This document shows positions 12,412 through 26,104 of a stretch of 64,000 nucleotides of DNA, piece after piece (the stretch's first letter is position 1; the number at the start of each line of letters is the position of its first letter). Under the pieces are notes generated by a model. The model had not been told where the DNA came from, ran no database searches, and saw only the letters and a program-made list of their open reading frames with translations. This DNA is from Octopus vulgaris (taxonomy: Eukaryota), in NCBI GenBank assembly GCA_951406725.2, contig OX597831.1, positions 74,586,001 to 74,650,000 on the forward strand. Reading direction: 5' to 3'. The translations under genes were made by a program, and so were the position numbers.

Positions 12412-12785
12412 CAGACAACCAGCAGCCTTGACATAATGCACCTCATTTCTGTTCTTGACTTTATGTAAACACAACCACCATAACCTGCTGAAACACGCAT
12501 TATATATATATATATGTTTGTATGTATGTATATATATTTACTGTGTGCACATGAACACAAATGCACTGTAATAACGTATGTGTAATAATACAGGAACTGA
12601 CAACGAATGATCCATTTTATTTTTGAAAAAAAACAAACTAACAAAGTAATGTCTTCCAATCCTTTCGTTCTATTTGCTTCTGTGTTAATTTACAGGTTTT
12701 TACACAATCAAACGCAATTAAACAGATTTAAAACAACAACATAAACAAATGCAACAATTCAAGAGGACAGACACACTGACATCAA

Positions 12786-12846
<61 letters not shown>

Positions 12847-12914
12847 CACGCACACATAAATATAAATATACATCTGCATACAAGTTTATCAAGTAACAAC
12901 ACGCTGTGATTTTG

Positions 12915-12966
<52 letters not shown>

Positions 12967-13406
12967 CCACACTTCTTTATTTGTTTACTTCCCACCGTCA
13001 CTACCCAACCCAGATTCTTTCATATCACTGACAATATTTTTTCATCATACTTTATTTTACATTTATTTTGTTCTCGTTGTCCAGTTGTTTATATTTTTAT
13101 ATTTTTATACTTTATACATTATATATTTTCTATATACCCATTTAATTTATATACACACACATCCACACACTGCCTTCCCGGGCACACACTCCTTTAAATT
13201 GGACCAAGCCTTCATGTCTTCCTTTGTAATTTGGTTTGAAACTAACTTTTGTTAAATTATACATACATGAATATAATTACATTTAAACACACGCACATAC
13301 ATACATACATACATACATATACATCGATACATACATACATACATACATACATACATACATACATACATACATACATACATACATACATACATACATACAT
13401 ACATCA

Positions 13407-13438
<32 letters not shown>

Positions 13439-13553
13439 CATCGATACATATATATATATACATTTATATTTATATATATAATAATAATTTGAGGGAATAT
13501 TATTCTTAACTTACAGGGAAAAATTCAATTTAGAAATACTAAATCAAATTTCA

Positions 13554-13631
<78 letters not shown>

Positions 13632-14037
13632 TAGAAAAAACCACCTTTTATCGATTCAAAATGAACAATTAAATTACACCATTTAGAAAATTACATATAA
13701 TAGAAATATTAAATATAAAATAACAATAATATATCGATGATTTAAGTAAATTGCAAAATAATAAATAAAACATATATTTGGTAGAATATATACATACACA
13801 CATATATGTGTGTGTTTGTGCGTGCGTGTGTGTGTGTGCAACGATATATCTTTATGCACACACACGCGCATATCGCTCATACATTGTGATTCGAATAACC
13901 TGGTGTATAAGTCTATGTACGTACAGCTCTGAACGAAGCTTTCAGTCGGTCGAGTTCAGAGCGGTAATCAGAAAGGAGATGACAAAGGCAAGTTCATAAT
14001 GTAATCGTTTGTTGGTTTGGCACCTCTTTTCTTGTAT

Positions 14038-14104
<67 letters not shown>

Positions 14105-14149
14105 CGAAGCTTGCAAGGCGCTATCAACACTTCTTCCTTTGAAAATCTC

Positions 14150-14211
<62 letters not shown>

Positions 14212-14598
14212 GAGATTTTCAAGAAGAAGTGTTGATAGCGCCTTGCAAGCTTCGATTCAGTTATTTTCATCATAACCTATTGATGGAGGCTACCAAGCCC
14301 AAAATTCGAAGTTACTATCTACTTTTTCATTATAAGAGTAATTAAAAAAAAGAACTGATGTTCTACTAAAAGGTATTTAGCAATTCTGTAATCAAAGTTT
14401 GGCTGTTTATCGTTTATGCATAAACACACACACGCACACACACACACACACACACATACACACACACACGCACACACTCGCAGACACATAGACGTAAAGT
14501 ACAAAAGTAATTCAAGAGGATGATCGTTTCGTGCAAGCAGTTATCAAAAATACTTGAGTTATTCATGTAGTTTTATACGACCAATATCATTTCCATAT

Positions 14599-14681
14599 CT
14601 GCCGTCTCTGAAGATCACACGTATTAGATAATCGTCCAGTTATCTAATATCCAGTGTGAAACCGATAGATAAGATCGGCAG
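14599..14681 (+). ncRNA. Hammerhead ribozyme motif with long helix II (probably decayed)
   Basis: CTGCCGTCT-CTGAAGA-TC-ACAC..TATTAGATAA(loop)TTATCTAATA..GTGT-GAAAC-CGATAG-ATA-AGATCGGCAG. Helices I and II pair; helix III has mismatches. Confidence 0.6.
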
Positions 14682-15317
14682 TAATGGATCTATAATACTG
14701 CATACTTTGGTTTATGCACACGCACACATATTTATTTTCATTTAGTGGTAGCAGAGACTTGTCTCTGTTGGCGATGTTTCGGAAATGGTACATTAAAACT
14801 GAAACTTTGTTCGGCAATTTCCGTAAAAAATTATTTCGTTAATTAATAAGTCGAATCATTTATGTTTATCTATTTTTTGTGTATGCATGTATGTGTTTAT
14901 GCGTGTATGTATGTATGTATGTATGTATATATATATGTGTTTATGTAAGTGTTTAGTAAGTATATGTGTGTGTTTATCTGCGTGTGTGTATATTTGTGTA
15001 TGTATACATACATATACTTACGCAAATATAGATATACACACACATAAACATCAGCGGTTCAACTGAAAAAAAAAAAGAATTGTGGAAATAAACATTTTTT
15101 TACGGAAATTGCCGAGACAAATAATTTCACTTTCGATATACCATCTCCGAAACATCCGCCAGATGTCTCTACTCCGGGTTTTTTTTTTTATCCATCTTGA
15201 AAAACAGATTAGAAGCTCGGAGTAATGAATGCCTTACGACTCCAGCTTCTCTGAATACGTCTTGGAAAACCTTCGTTTTCTATTCTTTCGTTTGTAAATT
15301 CAAACATACATACATGA

Positions 15318-15375
<58 letters not shown>

Positions 15376-15659
15376 GATTTAAAAGTATTGATGTAATAAA
15401 TTTTATAAAATTGGATATTTGCTGTTTTTTTCTTTTACTTTTTAATGATTGTTTTATTTCAATAATGAAGATGTCCGTGTTTGTTCCCCCACCACCACCG
15501 CTTGAAAACCGGTGTCGGTGTGTTTACGTCCTTTCATATAGCGGTTTGGCAAAAGAGACCGATATAATAAGTAACAGGCTTTAAAATATAAAATAGATAC
15601 TGGAATCGACTTGTTTGATAAATTCTTCAAGGCAGTGCCCCAGGATGGCCGCAGTCGAA

Positions 15660-16105
15660 AAGATTCAAGAGATGAAGACTCTATTCCTTAGAGCGTAGGC
15701 AAGAAAGATATGCCATAATATACATCTGGAAGATCCTGGAAGGACTTGTCCCAAACTTTGGCATCGAGAGTTACACAAATACCAGAACTGGGCGCCACTG
15801 CATAGTGCCAAGGACTCCAAATTTGCCATCAAGATGTAGGACTAGATACTGCAATACCCTGGGCTTCAGGGTTCCACAGCTCTTCAATATCCCCTCGAAG
15901 GACCTGAGAGACCTGCATGGGGTGGATGTAGGTGTCTTCAAAATAAAGCTGGACCTCTTCCTGTCAGGTGTCCCAGATGAACCAACTTCGCGGCAGGAGG
16001 GGCAGATGAGGGCGGCTGCATCAAATTCTCTCATGCACCAAATGTCAATTGCTAAAAAGCATTCGTGAAGTAAAATCATGTAGCAACACCAAATGGCGGT
16101 GACCC
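15660..16105 (+). mobile_element. CR1-clade LINE 3' fragment, lying between two SINE A 3' halves (about 15470-15657 and 16105-16278)
   Basis: LYSLERRQERYAIIYIWKILEGLVPN...PQLFNIP...FKIKLDLFLSGVPDEP, the characteristic CR1 ORF2 C-terminus. Confidence 0.8.
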
Positions 16106-16634
16106 AGCTGATGCTAGTGTGTTTACGTCCTCGTAACTTAACGGTTCGGCAAAAGAGACCGATAGAATAAGTACTAGGCTTACAAAGAATAAATCCTGTG
16201 GTCGATTTGCTCGACTAAAGGCGGTGCTACAGCATGGCCACAGTCAAATGACTGAAAGAAGTAAAAGAGTAAAAGAGTATACAAATGTTTATTCTTTTTG
16301 CTTTTTCAGCCTTGTCTTTCCTATGTGGTGTGGGAGTTCGAAGTACAGGTGTTGCGAACATCACGGTGGTGCGGAGGTGTTTGGAGTCTTTCATAGCAGG
16401 TGGTTGTGTGTAGGGTCGGGGGGGGGGGGGATGGTGGTAAAGGTGAAGGAAAGAAGATAAACGCGAGAACCGAAACAACAGCCACCATTCACAGCAATCA
16501 ATGAATGGAGAAAGAAATACACCACACCTAATACTACTACCACTACCACCACCACCACCACCACCACTACTTATACACCCACCATTATCCCAGAGGTAGA
16601 ACCTGTTGTCCATTGTAAGTATACAATGTATAGT

Positions 16635-18005
<1,371 letters not shown>

Positions 18006-18354
18006 CGTCAGCAGCAGGAGGAGGATTTTCGTCAGTTTCGTAGGATTATAATAATCCAGTCGATTCTTGATTGATTTTTGTTGTAGAAGAGAGAGGGAGA
18101 GAGAGAGAGAGAGAGAGAGGGGGGGGAGAAATAGAGAGAGAGGGAGAGTTCTGGAGGCGTCTGAAGAGGAAGACAGTATTTCGAGAAACTTTCCGCCCTG
18201 GATTCTGCTAAAGGTAACCAAGGTTTCGGGTGATGGCCATGGTTGGATTTGACCTAGAACACAAGGACCCGGAACATCGCATTCAACTGGACGTTCGTAG
18301 TTTTGTTAATACACCGCTCCTGGATCGTTACATTTCTTTTTACCAACCCTGGCC

Positions 18355-18810
18355 CATGGCTTAGTGGTTAGGGTGCTGGCCTGATGATCGTAAGTTTGTG
18401 GTTTCGAATCCTCGACCGGGCGATGCGTTGTGTTCTGGAGCCAAACACCTCGTTTCACGTTGCTCCAGTCCACTTTGCCGGCAAATAGGAACAACCCTGC
18501 ACCGGCCGGTGTCCCGTCCGTGGTGGTGGGTGGAGTACGTCACGTGATCTATCAGACTTTCGGACGTTGTTGTACATCGCTTGTCACAATGTACTTAGCA
18601 TCGTTTTAGCTCCCGAATGATGTCACCCCACTGGCCAGGCGAGCCGTCCAACATTCCTTCGTTGTAGCTGAGTGGTCACCCATTTACAGCTGAGTAGACT
18701 GGAGCAACGTGAAATGAAGTGTTTTGCTCAAGAACAACGCGCAGTCGGTCTGGGAATTGAAACTACGATCACAAGAGCGCAAGTGCAACATGCCTAAGCA
18801 CAAGGCCATG
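18355..18810. mobile_element. Two SINE family C-related heads in opposite orientation (18355-18480 +, about 18675-18810 -)
   Basis: TGGCTTAGTGGTTAGGGTG...GGTTTCGAATCC on +, and reverse CAGCTGAGTAGACTGGAGCAACGTGAAATGAAG... Confidence 0.65.
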
Positions 18811-19744
18811 CCTCCAGCCAAGGGAGAATCCGGGAAACGTGCTCTTTGAGTGAGAAGGAGCTTTATCCTTTCTTTTTAAAATAGAAAAGGCAGAAATGAC
18901 TTTGGTGAGATTTGAACTAATACCACGAAATATTCTGTCCAACACGCTGACGATTCTGCCAAATTCTTTGAAACAATCCTTCAGTTTAATATATTTACAC
19001 GGTGTCTGACGATAGTTGTACTAGCGTAGCTACAGTGTGTGCCGCCCGCGAATTTTTTTTCCCACGAGAGTTCCGGACCTCAGCAACGAACTCATTTGCA
19101 TACAGCCAATCAGAGCTCACCGTGACCTTGTTCTATACAAACAACTACGCAGAGGCAGCCATGCGGATAACGAAGGTTCAGATCCGTTCAGCTCTCAGAT
19201 TGTGCCTAGACGCAAAGCCCAACATAACAAAACCAGGACGGTGGAGCTCGTTGCTCACACGTAACCATCGTTCATCTTTCTTTTCTTGCACGGACGTTCA
19301 ATAGAGCGGACGTTATTTTTCTCCCTCTTCTATCTTTTTTCTTTTCAAAAAAATATTTTTCACAACATTAACTATTTTCCACTCGTTCTCGTCTAACGAC
19401 CCTCCATGTTTGTTTTCGTTCGGTTTCCTTGTATGTCTCCACTGTCCAGTTTTTGTTCCCAACTATGACCCTTCACAAATCCAAAATATTATTTTGGAAT
19501 TTATGGGAGCAACTGTCTTCGCAGACTCATATTGTCGCTGAATGGTCGAAATGAGGAGTAGATAGACAGTCGACAACTGATGAAGGGTCAGTCTCTATGT
19601 TACTTGTCTTGTTTTCCTTTTTTTTTCCTCTCGTTATTTGCATATTTAACTCGTTTTTTTTCGTACTTCATGTTGTTTACACAGCTGGTGATGTCCTGTA
19701 CCCTATGCATATATACTATTTATATTATTATATATAATAATATA

Positions 19745-19799
<55 letters not shown>

Positions 19800-19990
19800 G
19801 CAAGATTTTTTATGTGAAGTCGTGTGTTGAAACAGATATTGTTGTATTTAGGAATGGTCATTTTGCCAGTTTAGCCAATAAAAACACACGCACTATATAT
19901 TTGGTGTTACTTTGCTTCAGTATTATTTATTTTTTACATTAATCGTAATCTTATTTCGACCAGAGTTCTTTCGTCACACTCCTGTGACAG

Positions 19991-21430
19991 AATTAAGAGG
20001 TAGATCACCCACAATTACTTCTATGGCTAGGAAGACCCATATAGTGAGATGGAGCGGATGGACCAGAGCCATACGGACCCCCTCAAATGTCCATCAGGTA
20101 AAGAAAATGATCGCACATGCATTAGGAGCTAGTATAAGAGTTACCCTAAAAGGCCACACGTTTAAGTTTAACAATAAAATATATGCCCAGGACGAGGGGG
20201 CAGCCATCGGCATTAGTATCGCCGGTGATGTGGCCAACCTTTTCATGGTATGGTGGGACAGAAGGCTTAAAGAACGCCCGACACAGAACTCCATACTCGT
20301 GAACATGTACTCTCGCTATGTTGATGATATCAACATAGTAGTAAAGGCACCCCTACAAGAGAGTACTGTTGAAATAGATATAGAAACTAATACTATGGAG
20401 AGCATCCAGCAAATAGCTAACTCCATCCACCAGAGTATTAAGGTCACAATAGGCTACCCTACTAAACACCCTAACCATAGACTACCAGTACTAGACACAG
20501 AACTATGGCTAGAAACTGAGAATAATAAAACCCGAATCCTTCATTCGTACTATGCCAAACCTATGGCCTCCAAATACTTGATCCACCGGAACTCAGCTAT
20601 CGCGGACAATGCCAAATTCAATATTTTGATGGCAGACCTCGTCAGAATAATGCAAAATGTGTCCCGCATGTGCGAGCCTACAGAGTTAAAGAGACACATA
20701 CAACGTTTCGTTCACCGCATGCAGTTCTCAGGTTACAGCCATAAAGAAAGGATCAGAGTATACAAAGGGGGCCATGTGAAATTTGATAATATCTTATGTA
20801 ATGATAGGAATGGGATTTGCCCTCTCTATAGGAGCAAGTCATGAAACACTATGGAAAGGACAAAGAAGAAAATAGGGAAGGCCAACTCTTGGTATGATAG
20901 CCACAAATACCAGTGTCATGTTCGTCGACACAACCCCTAGAGGTGAACTGGCGAACCGCTTTAGACGGATCCTAGACAAACTTAAGCTAAGGATTAAGGT
21001 TGTTGAAAAGCCAGGCAACCCTATCAAATCCATAATCGGTAGAACCTACCCTTTTAGTAGAACCCCCTGTACAGATAGGTACTGTACTGTGTGTCGATTT
21101 AGCCCACAAACAAACTGTAAAGCCAGAAATGTAGTATATAGTATAAGATGTATAGAGGGACGATGCAGTAACAAGACAACGACATACGTAGGGGAAACGA
21201 CACGAAGCATAGGAGAGCGGGTAAATGTACATTGGAGAGAACTTATGGAAGGAAAGAGCTCATAACTTCTGTACCAACATGCCGAGCAAGAACACGGGGG
21301 CTCAATCAACAACATAGCAGTTAAAATCTTGTCCACACATAGAACAGACGCAACAATCAGACAAATTACGGAGCTACACACATAATAGAAGATAAACCTA
21401 GCCTGAATAGGAAACTGGAATGGAACACTA
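19991..21430 (+). mobile_element. Penelope-like retroelement, 5'-truncated and frameshifted: RT C-half plus GIY-YIG endonuclease (Neptune-like linker)
   Basis: ORF 19912-20844: FKFNNKIYAQDEGAAIG..AGDVANLFM, YSRYVDDI, LPVLDTELW, YAKPMASKYLIHRNSA. ORF 20894-21265: CTDRYCTVC linker then NVVYSIRC...YVGETTRSIGERV (GIY-YIG). Breaks near 20840 and 21265. Confidence 0.92.
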
Positions 21431-21588
21431 GCACCTACCACAACATATGACAGAGGAAGATCCCCATAAACTGGTTACAATATAAACAAAACTGAAAACA
21501 TAATAAAATAAAATACACAGATAAATAAACAAATGGAAATAAATAACTATATACATTTTTTTAATTTCTAAATTTTTTTTATTTTTAA

Positions 21589-21691
<103 letters not shown>

Positions 21692-21795
21692 CATTATTAT
21701 TATTATTATTATTATTATCATTATTACTAGTATTGTTGTTATACATACATACATATATACATACAAGCATACGTAATAATAATAATAATAATAAT

Positions 21796-21864
<69 letters not shown>

Positions 21865-23490
21865 CATGGGATTTGGGCCTTGATAAGTGTGCTAAAGCAA
21901 CTTTTGTAAGAGGCAAGCTCAGGCAAACAGCTTCTGTTAAATTAGATATTGACACTACCATCAAGGAACTTGACCCACAAGAAAGCTACAAATACCTAGG
22001 AATCAACGAAGGAGATGGTATACATCATGCTACTATGAAGGAAAAAATAAGAAAGGAGTACTATAGGAGAATAAGGCTTGTACTGAAGACTGAACTCAAC
22101 TCCAAAAATTGCATTGAGGCCATTAACACCCTGGCACTTCCAGTAGTCCAGTACAGTTTTAACATCATTAACTGGAACCTTACGGAACTCCAACGCTTGG
22201 ACAGGAAGACAAGAAAGTTACTGACATCCAGGAGCATGCACCACCCTAAGGCAGATCTAGACCGCTTGTACCTACCTAGAAGCAGCGGGGGGAGAGGAAT
22301 GATGCAATTGGAGCTGTGCTATAAGACCTCTACTGTAGGAATGAACAGGTACCTATCTAGTACAAAAGACTGGATGCTGCGACTTGTGTGTGAACACGAA
22401 AGCAGCAAAAAGCTGCATTCTATTGTCAAGGAAGCTTATAAGTTCGAAAGGGAACTAGGCATTAACCTTGAATCAGGTGAAGAGCCAGAAACCACTGCTA
22501 CCAAGCAAGCAAAGCGAATCAGGCAGACTGCAAAAAAGAATGGGCAGAATCAAATTGAGAGGCGGTGGAGACAGAAGCCCCTGCATGGACAATACATTCT
22601 CCGAAGCCAAAATGCTGATGTAGACCAAGCAACAACCCATCAGTGGCTGAAGAGTTCTGGATTGAAAGCAGAGACTGAAGGCTTCATAATGGCAGCACAA
22701 GATCAAAGCTTGTTTACCAGAAATTACCAGGCTAACGTTCTCCGAAACGGTACTGACCCTAAATGCAGATTCTGTGACACATTTGACGAAACAATAGACC
22801 ATCTCGTTTCGGGATGTCCTGTGCTGACACCAAACGAATACAAAAATCGCCACGATAGGGTAGGACAGTATATACATTGGAAGATATGTAAACACTACAA
22901 ATCCGACACTCCTGCTAACTGGTATGAACACCATCCTCAGCCAGTTGTTGAAGGTAAAGATGTCACCATCCTCTGGGATTTTCCAGTCAACACTGACAGA
23001 ACGATCAAGGCTAATCGACCAGACATAATTGTTAAAGACAGGGAAGAAAATACCTGCAGACTAATAGAAGTAAGCGTCCCCACTGATAAAAATGTATCTG
23101 TCAAGGAATTTGACAAACTTAGTAAATATAAGGACCTGGAAATCGAAATACAGAGGATGTGGAATCTTAAAACAAAAACTGTTCCTGTTATTGTAGGTGC
23201 CCTAGGTATGATAAAAAAGGGATGTCAGAAACACCTAGACAATATCCCTGGAAAACCATGTCTCAAGGAAATCCAAAAGATTGTGCTAACAAGTACTGCC
23301 CACATCCTTAGAAAAACCCTATCAATGTAAATGTTTGTGTTTGTATTACATGGAGATATTTCTCTACTTCCCCTCCCCAAGCTTTCAGCTATATTTCAAC
23401 AACTCTTAACCTTCACTTGCCCTAGGGCGCTGGGTGTGCCCCGGCAGGTGATTGCATCAAACATGCAGATTAAAAGTAAATGACAATGAT
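21865..23490 (+). mobile_element. R4/Dong-clade non-LTR retrotransposon, 5'-truncated, inserted in (TAA)n
   Basis: Flanked by (TAA)n at 21775-21864 and about 23490-23507; short 3' UTR after the stop at 23330. Confidence 0.9.
21873..23330 (+). CDS. RT thumb region, CCHC zinc knuckle and restriction-enzyme-like endonuclease of an R4/Dong element (partial)
   Basis: 485 uninterrupted codons: GLDKC, YKYLG, RLYLPRSSGGRG, CRFC..ETIDHLVSGC, RHD, NRPDIIV..IEVSVP..KLSKY, PVIVGALG. Confidence 0.93.
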   Translation: MGLDKCAKATFVRGKLRQTASVKLDIDTTIKELDPQESYKYLGINEGDGIHHATMKEKIRKEYYRRIRLVLKTELNSKNCIEAINTLALPVVQYSFNIINWNLTELQRLDRKTRKLLTSRSMHHPKADLDRLYLPRSSGGRGMMQLELCYKTSTVGMNRYLSSTKDWMLRLVCEHESSKKLHSIVKEAYKFERELGINLESGEEPETTATKQAKRIRQTAKKNGQNQIERRWRQKPLHGQYILRSQNADVDQATTHQWLKSSGLKAETEGFIMAAQDQSLFTRNYQANVLRNGTDPKCRFCDTFDETIDHLVSGCPVLTPNEYKNRHDRVGQYIHWKICKHYKSDTPANWYEHHPQPVVEGKDVTILWDFPVNTDRTIKANRPDIIVKDREENTCRLIEVSVPTDKNVSVKEFDKLSKYKDLEIEIQRMWNLKTKTVPVIVGALGMIKKGCQKHLDNIPGKPCLKEIQKIVLTSTAHILRKTLSM

Positions 23491-23609
23491 AATAATAATA
23501 GTAATAAGTGGGTGTATACACATGAACAAAATGAGAATAAACAAAAACGTATATAAAAGTTGATGAACCACCTATTGATCCCCTCCATTTTCTTATTGCT
23601 ATATATAAT

Positions 23610-23860
23610 ACATTCGGAACGCGGAGTGGATGAAACAAAGGCAACTGAAGAAGGGGAATTTTCCTTGTGTTATTTGTCCTGTACAATATTTTTTCGTTGT
23701 TTAAGAAAATTGTTCATTTCCTTGGTTTTGTGTTTATGTTTTCGTTTCTCATTGTGTTCGACGTTTTTGGGGTTTCCTGTACCCATATATGCATGTATAT
23801 ATACATGTAGAGATAGGTACGTACATATATGTATGTATATATGCATATGTTTTTCTTGTT
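23610..23860 (+). repeat. Family X repeat (tandem HHR-like motif carrier); other copies at about 19540-19740, 24050-24370, 25179-25500, 58000-58298 (+) and 57708-57999 (-)
   Basis: Shared CTGA(A/T)GAAGGGGAAT..TTCCTTGTG...GTC.TGTAC...TTTCGTTTCTC.TTG.GTTC...CCTGTAC.C, ending in TA-rich tracts. Confidence 0.8.
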
Positions 23861-24342
23861 GCTTATTTTTTGGTTATAATCACCCCACATAATTTTATGG
23901 ATAATACCATAAAAAAATTCTGGTGTATCTAAGTTAAATACCATATTCATTTGAATATCGTTTTTACGTCCTGTTTGTGTCACATTTTTTTCTTTCCATT
24001 TTTTTCTTTACTCTGCGAAGTAATTTTATTTAATTCTTTCGCAGGAAGGCCTATTTGACGAGTCATGTTCTGTCCTCACCTTCGAAACACGCTGGAGTTG
24101 AACTAGGGACAGCTGATGAAGGGGAATGTTCCTTGTGTAGTTAGTCTTGTACTCTGTTTTTTCGTTGTTAAAAAGGGTCCGTTTCCATGCTTGTTTTTAC
24201 GTTTTCGTTTCTCGTTGAGTTCTACGTCTAGTTGTGGTATCCTGTACTCCCGTATATATATATTTATATATGCATGTATATATACATGTAGATGTAGGTA
24301 CGTACATATATCTATGTATGTATGCATATATTTTATTTATTA

Positions 24343-24370
<28 letters not shown>

Positions 24371-24378
<8 letters not shown>

Positions 24379-25131
24379 ATATTTCGGAATGGTCATTTTG
24401 CCAGTTTAGCCAATAAAAACACACGCACTATGTATTTGGTGTTATTTTGCATCAGTGTTATTTATTTTTTACATTAATCTTAATCTTATTTCGGCCAGGA
24501 GTTCTTTCGTCACACCTCTGTGACCGCATCAGTGGTCCTTTGTTTTCTTCTTTCTTATTTGTGTCTCTCCTTACTAACTGTCAGTCATTTTGTATTTCTA
24601 TTGTATGTCTTCATTTGCGCATGCTTATATCTATATGTGCGTCTATGTTTAGTCAGTGTGTATGTGTGGGGGATGCCTGTAATATTTGTATCTTCTGTTT
24701 ATATACGTTCGTGTAATTTGTTTTTGTTGTTGTTTTTGTTTATTCTTATTTTGTTCATGTGTTTACATCCACTTATTATTATTATCATTACATATATAAA
24801 CAGAAAATACAAATATTACAGGCATCCCCCCACACACACATACACTAACTAAACATAGACGCACATAGAGATATAAGCATGCGGAAATGAAGAAACATAC
24901 AATAGAAATACAAAATGGCTGACGGTTAGTAAGGAGAGACACAAATAAGAAAGAAGAAAACAAAGGACCACTGATGCGGTCACAGGAGTGTGACGAAAGA
25001 ACTCTGGCCGAAATAAGATTAAGATTAATGTAAAAAATAAATAACACTGAAGCAAAATAACACCAAATATATAGTGCATGTGTTTTTATTGGCTAAACTG
25101 GCAAAATGACCATTCCGAAATATAACAATAT
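24371..25131. repeat. Long inverted repeat of family P (arms 24371-24707 and 24791-25131, spacer about 85 bp)
   Basis: Arms are reverse complements with scattered mismatches; the same sequence occurs at 19790-19990, 60722-60995 and, diverged, at 53750-54030. Confidence 0.9.
24966..25009 (+). ncRNA. Hammerhead-like motif of family P (CUGAUGC core variant)
   Basis: CCA-CTGATGCG-GTCACA(GGAG)TGTGAC-GAAAG-AA-CTC-TGG: helix I CCA/TGG, 6-bp helix II, CUC triplet. Identical at 60830-60873; reverse copy at 24493-24538. Confidence 0.6.
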
Positions 25132-25348
25132 CTGTTTCAACACACGACTTCACATAAAAAATCTTGCACAACAAATATACCTTCGAAACACGCATTGAGT
25201 TGAACCAGGGGCAGCTGATGAAGGGGAATATTCATTGTATTGTTTGTCTTGTACTCTGGGTTTTCGTTGTTAAAAAAAGTCCGTTTCCCTGTTTGATTTT
25301 ATGTTTTCGTTTCTCGTTGTGTTCTACGTTTATTTGTGGTGTCCTGTA

Positions 25349-25395
<47 letters not shown>

Positions 25396-25859
25396 TTGTA
25401 TATATACATGTAGATGGAAGTATGTACATATATGTATGTATATATGCATATATTTTATTTATTTATTATATTGTTATTATATGACCGAACGCACGTGTCG
25501 TTTCTCTTCTCCAAGTAAGTTTATATATATATATATATAGAAAATAGTAAAAAGTGAAAAAACTACAGAAGGCTTAAAGGTTAAAAAATATATATATTTG
25601 CGTCAATATGTCTGAAGAATATTAAAAAAAATTTTTTTCCCTTACAATGACATAATTTAGAAGAAAGACCGGTTTCGCGTTTAGCTTTTCAAATTTCTTG
25701 CGACGTTATGTTTATGTTGAATAGAGTTATCGTTATGTTTATGTTCAAAAGAGTTCTAAATAAGGGGAGGTAACGAGTGATTTCTTCCGGTGTAAGGGAG
25801 ATAATCGCTTAAAAATTTTTTCCTTTCCCTTGGTGTGAATTTCTCTGTATCAGTATGTT

Positions 25860-26008
25860 GGCATGGTTAAGTCTGGGTTTGTACTTTTCAATGAAGAATG
25901 TTTCCTTGTTTAGTCTAATTTGTGTTGATGATCCGATAGCACATTGGTAAAATGGAAAGATTAAAAATTGTGGTAGTAGTTGCTTTGCGCATTTCTCAAT
26001 GTGCTCAC
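25860..26008 (-). mobile_element. Penelope-like GIY-YIG C-terminal remnant
   Basis: SEHIEKCA...FPFYQC...RLNKETFFIEKYKPRLN; a 3'-half HHR motif GAAAC-CG-GTC lies downstream on the same strand at about 25668-25677. Confidence 0.7.
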
Positions 26009-26104
26009 TATACATACATACATACATACATACATACATACATACATACATACATACATACATACATACATACATGCATACATGTATGCATATATGTATG
26101 TACG

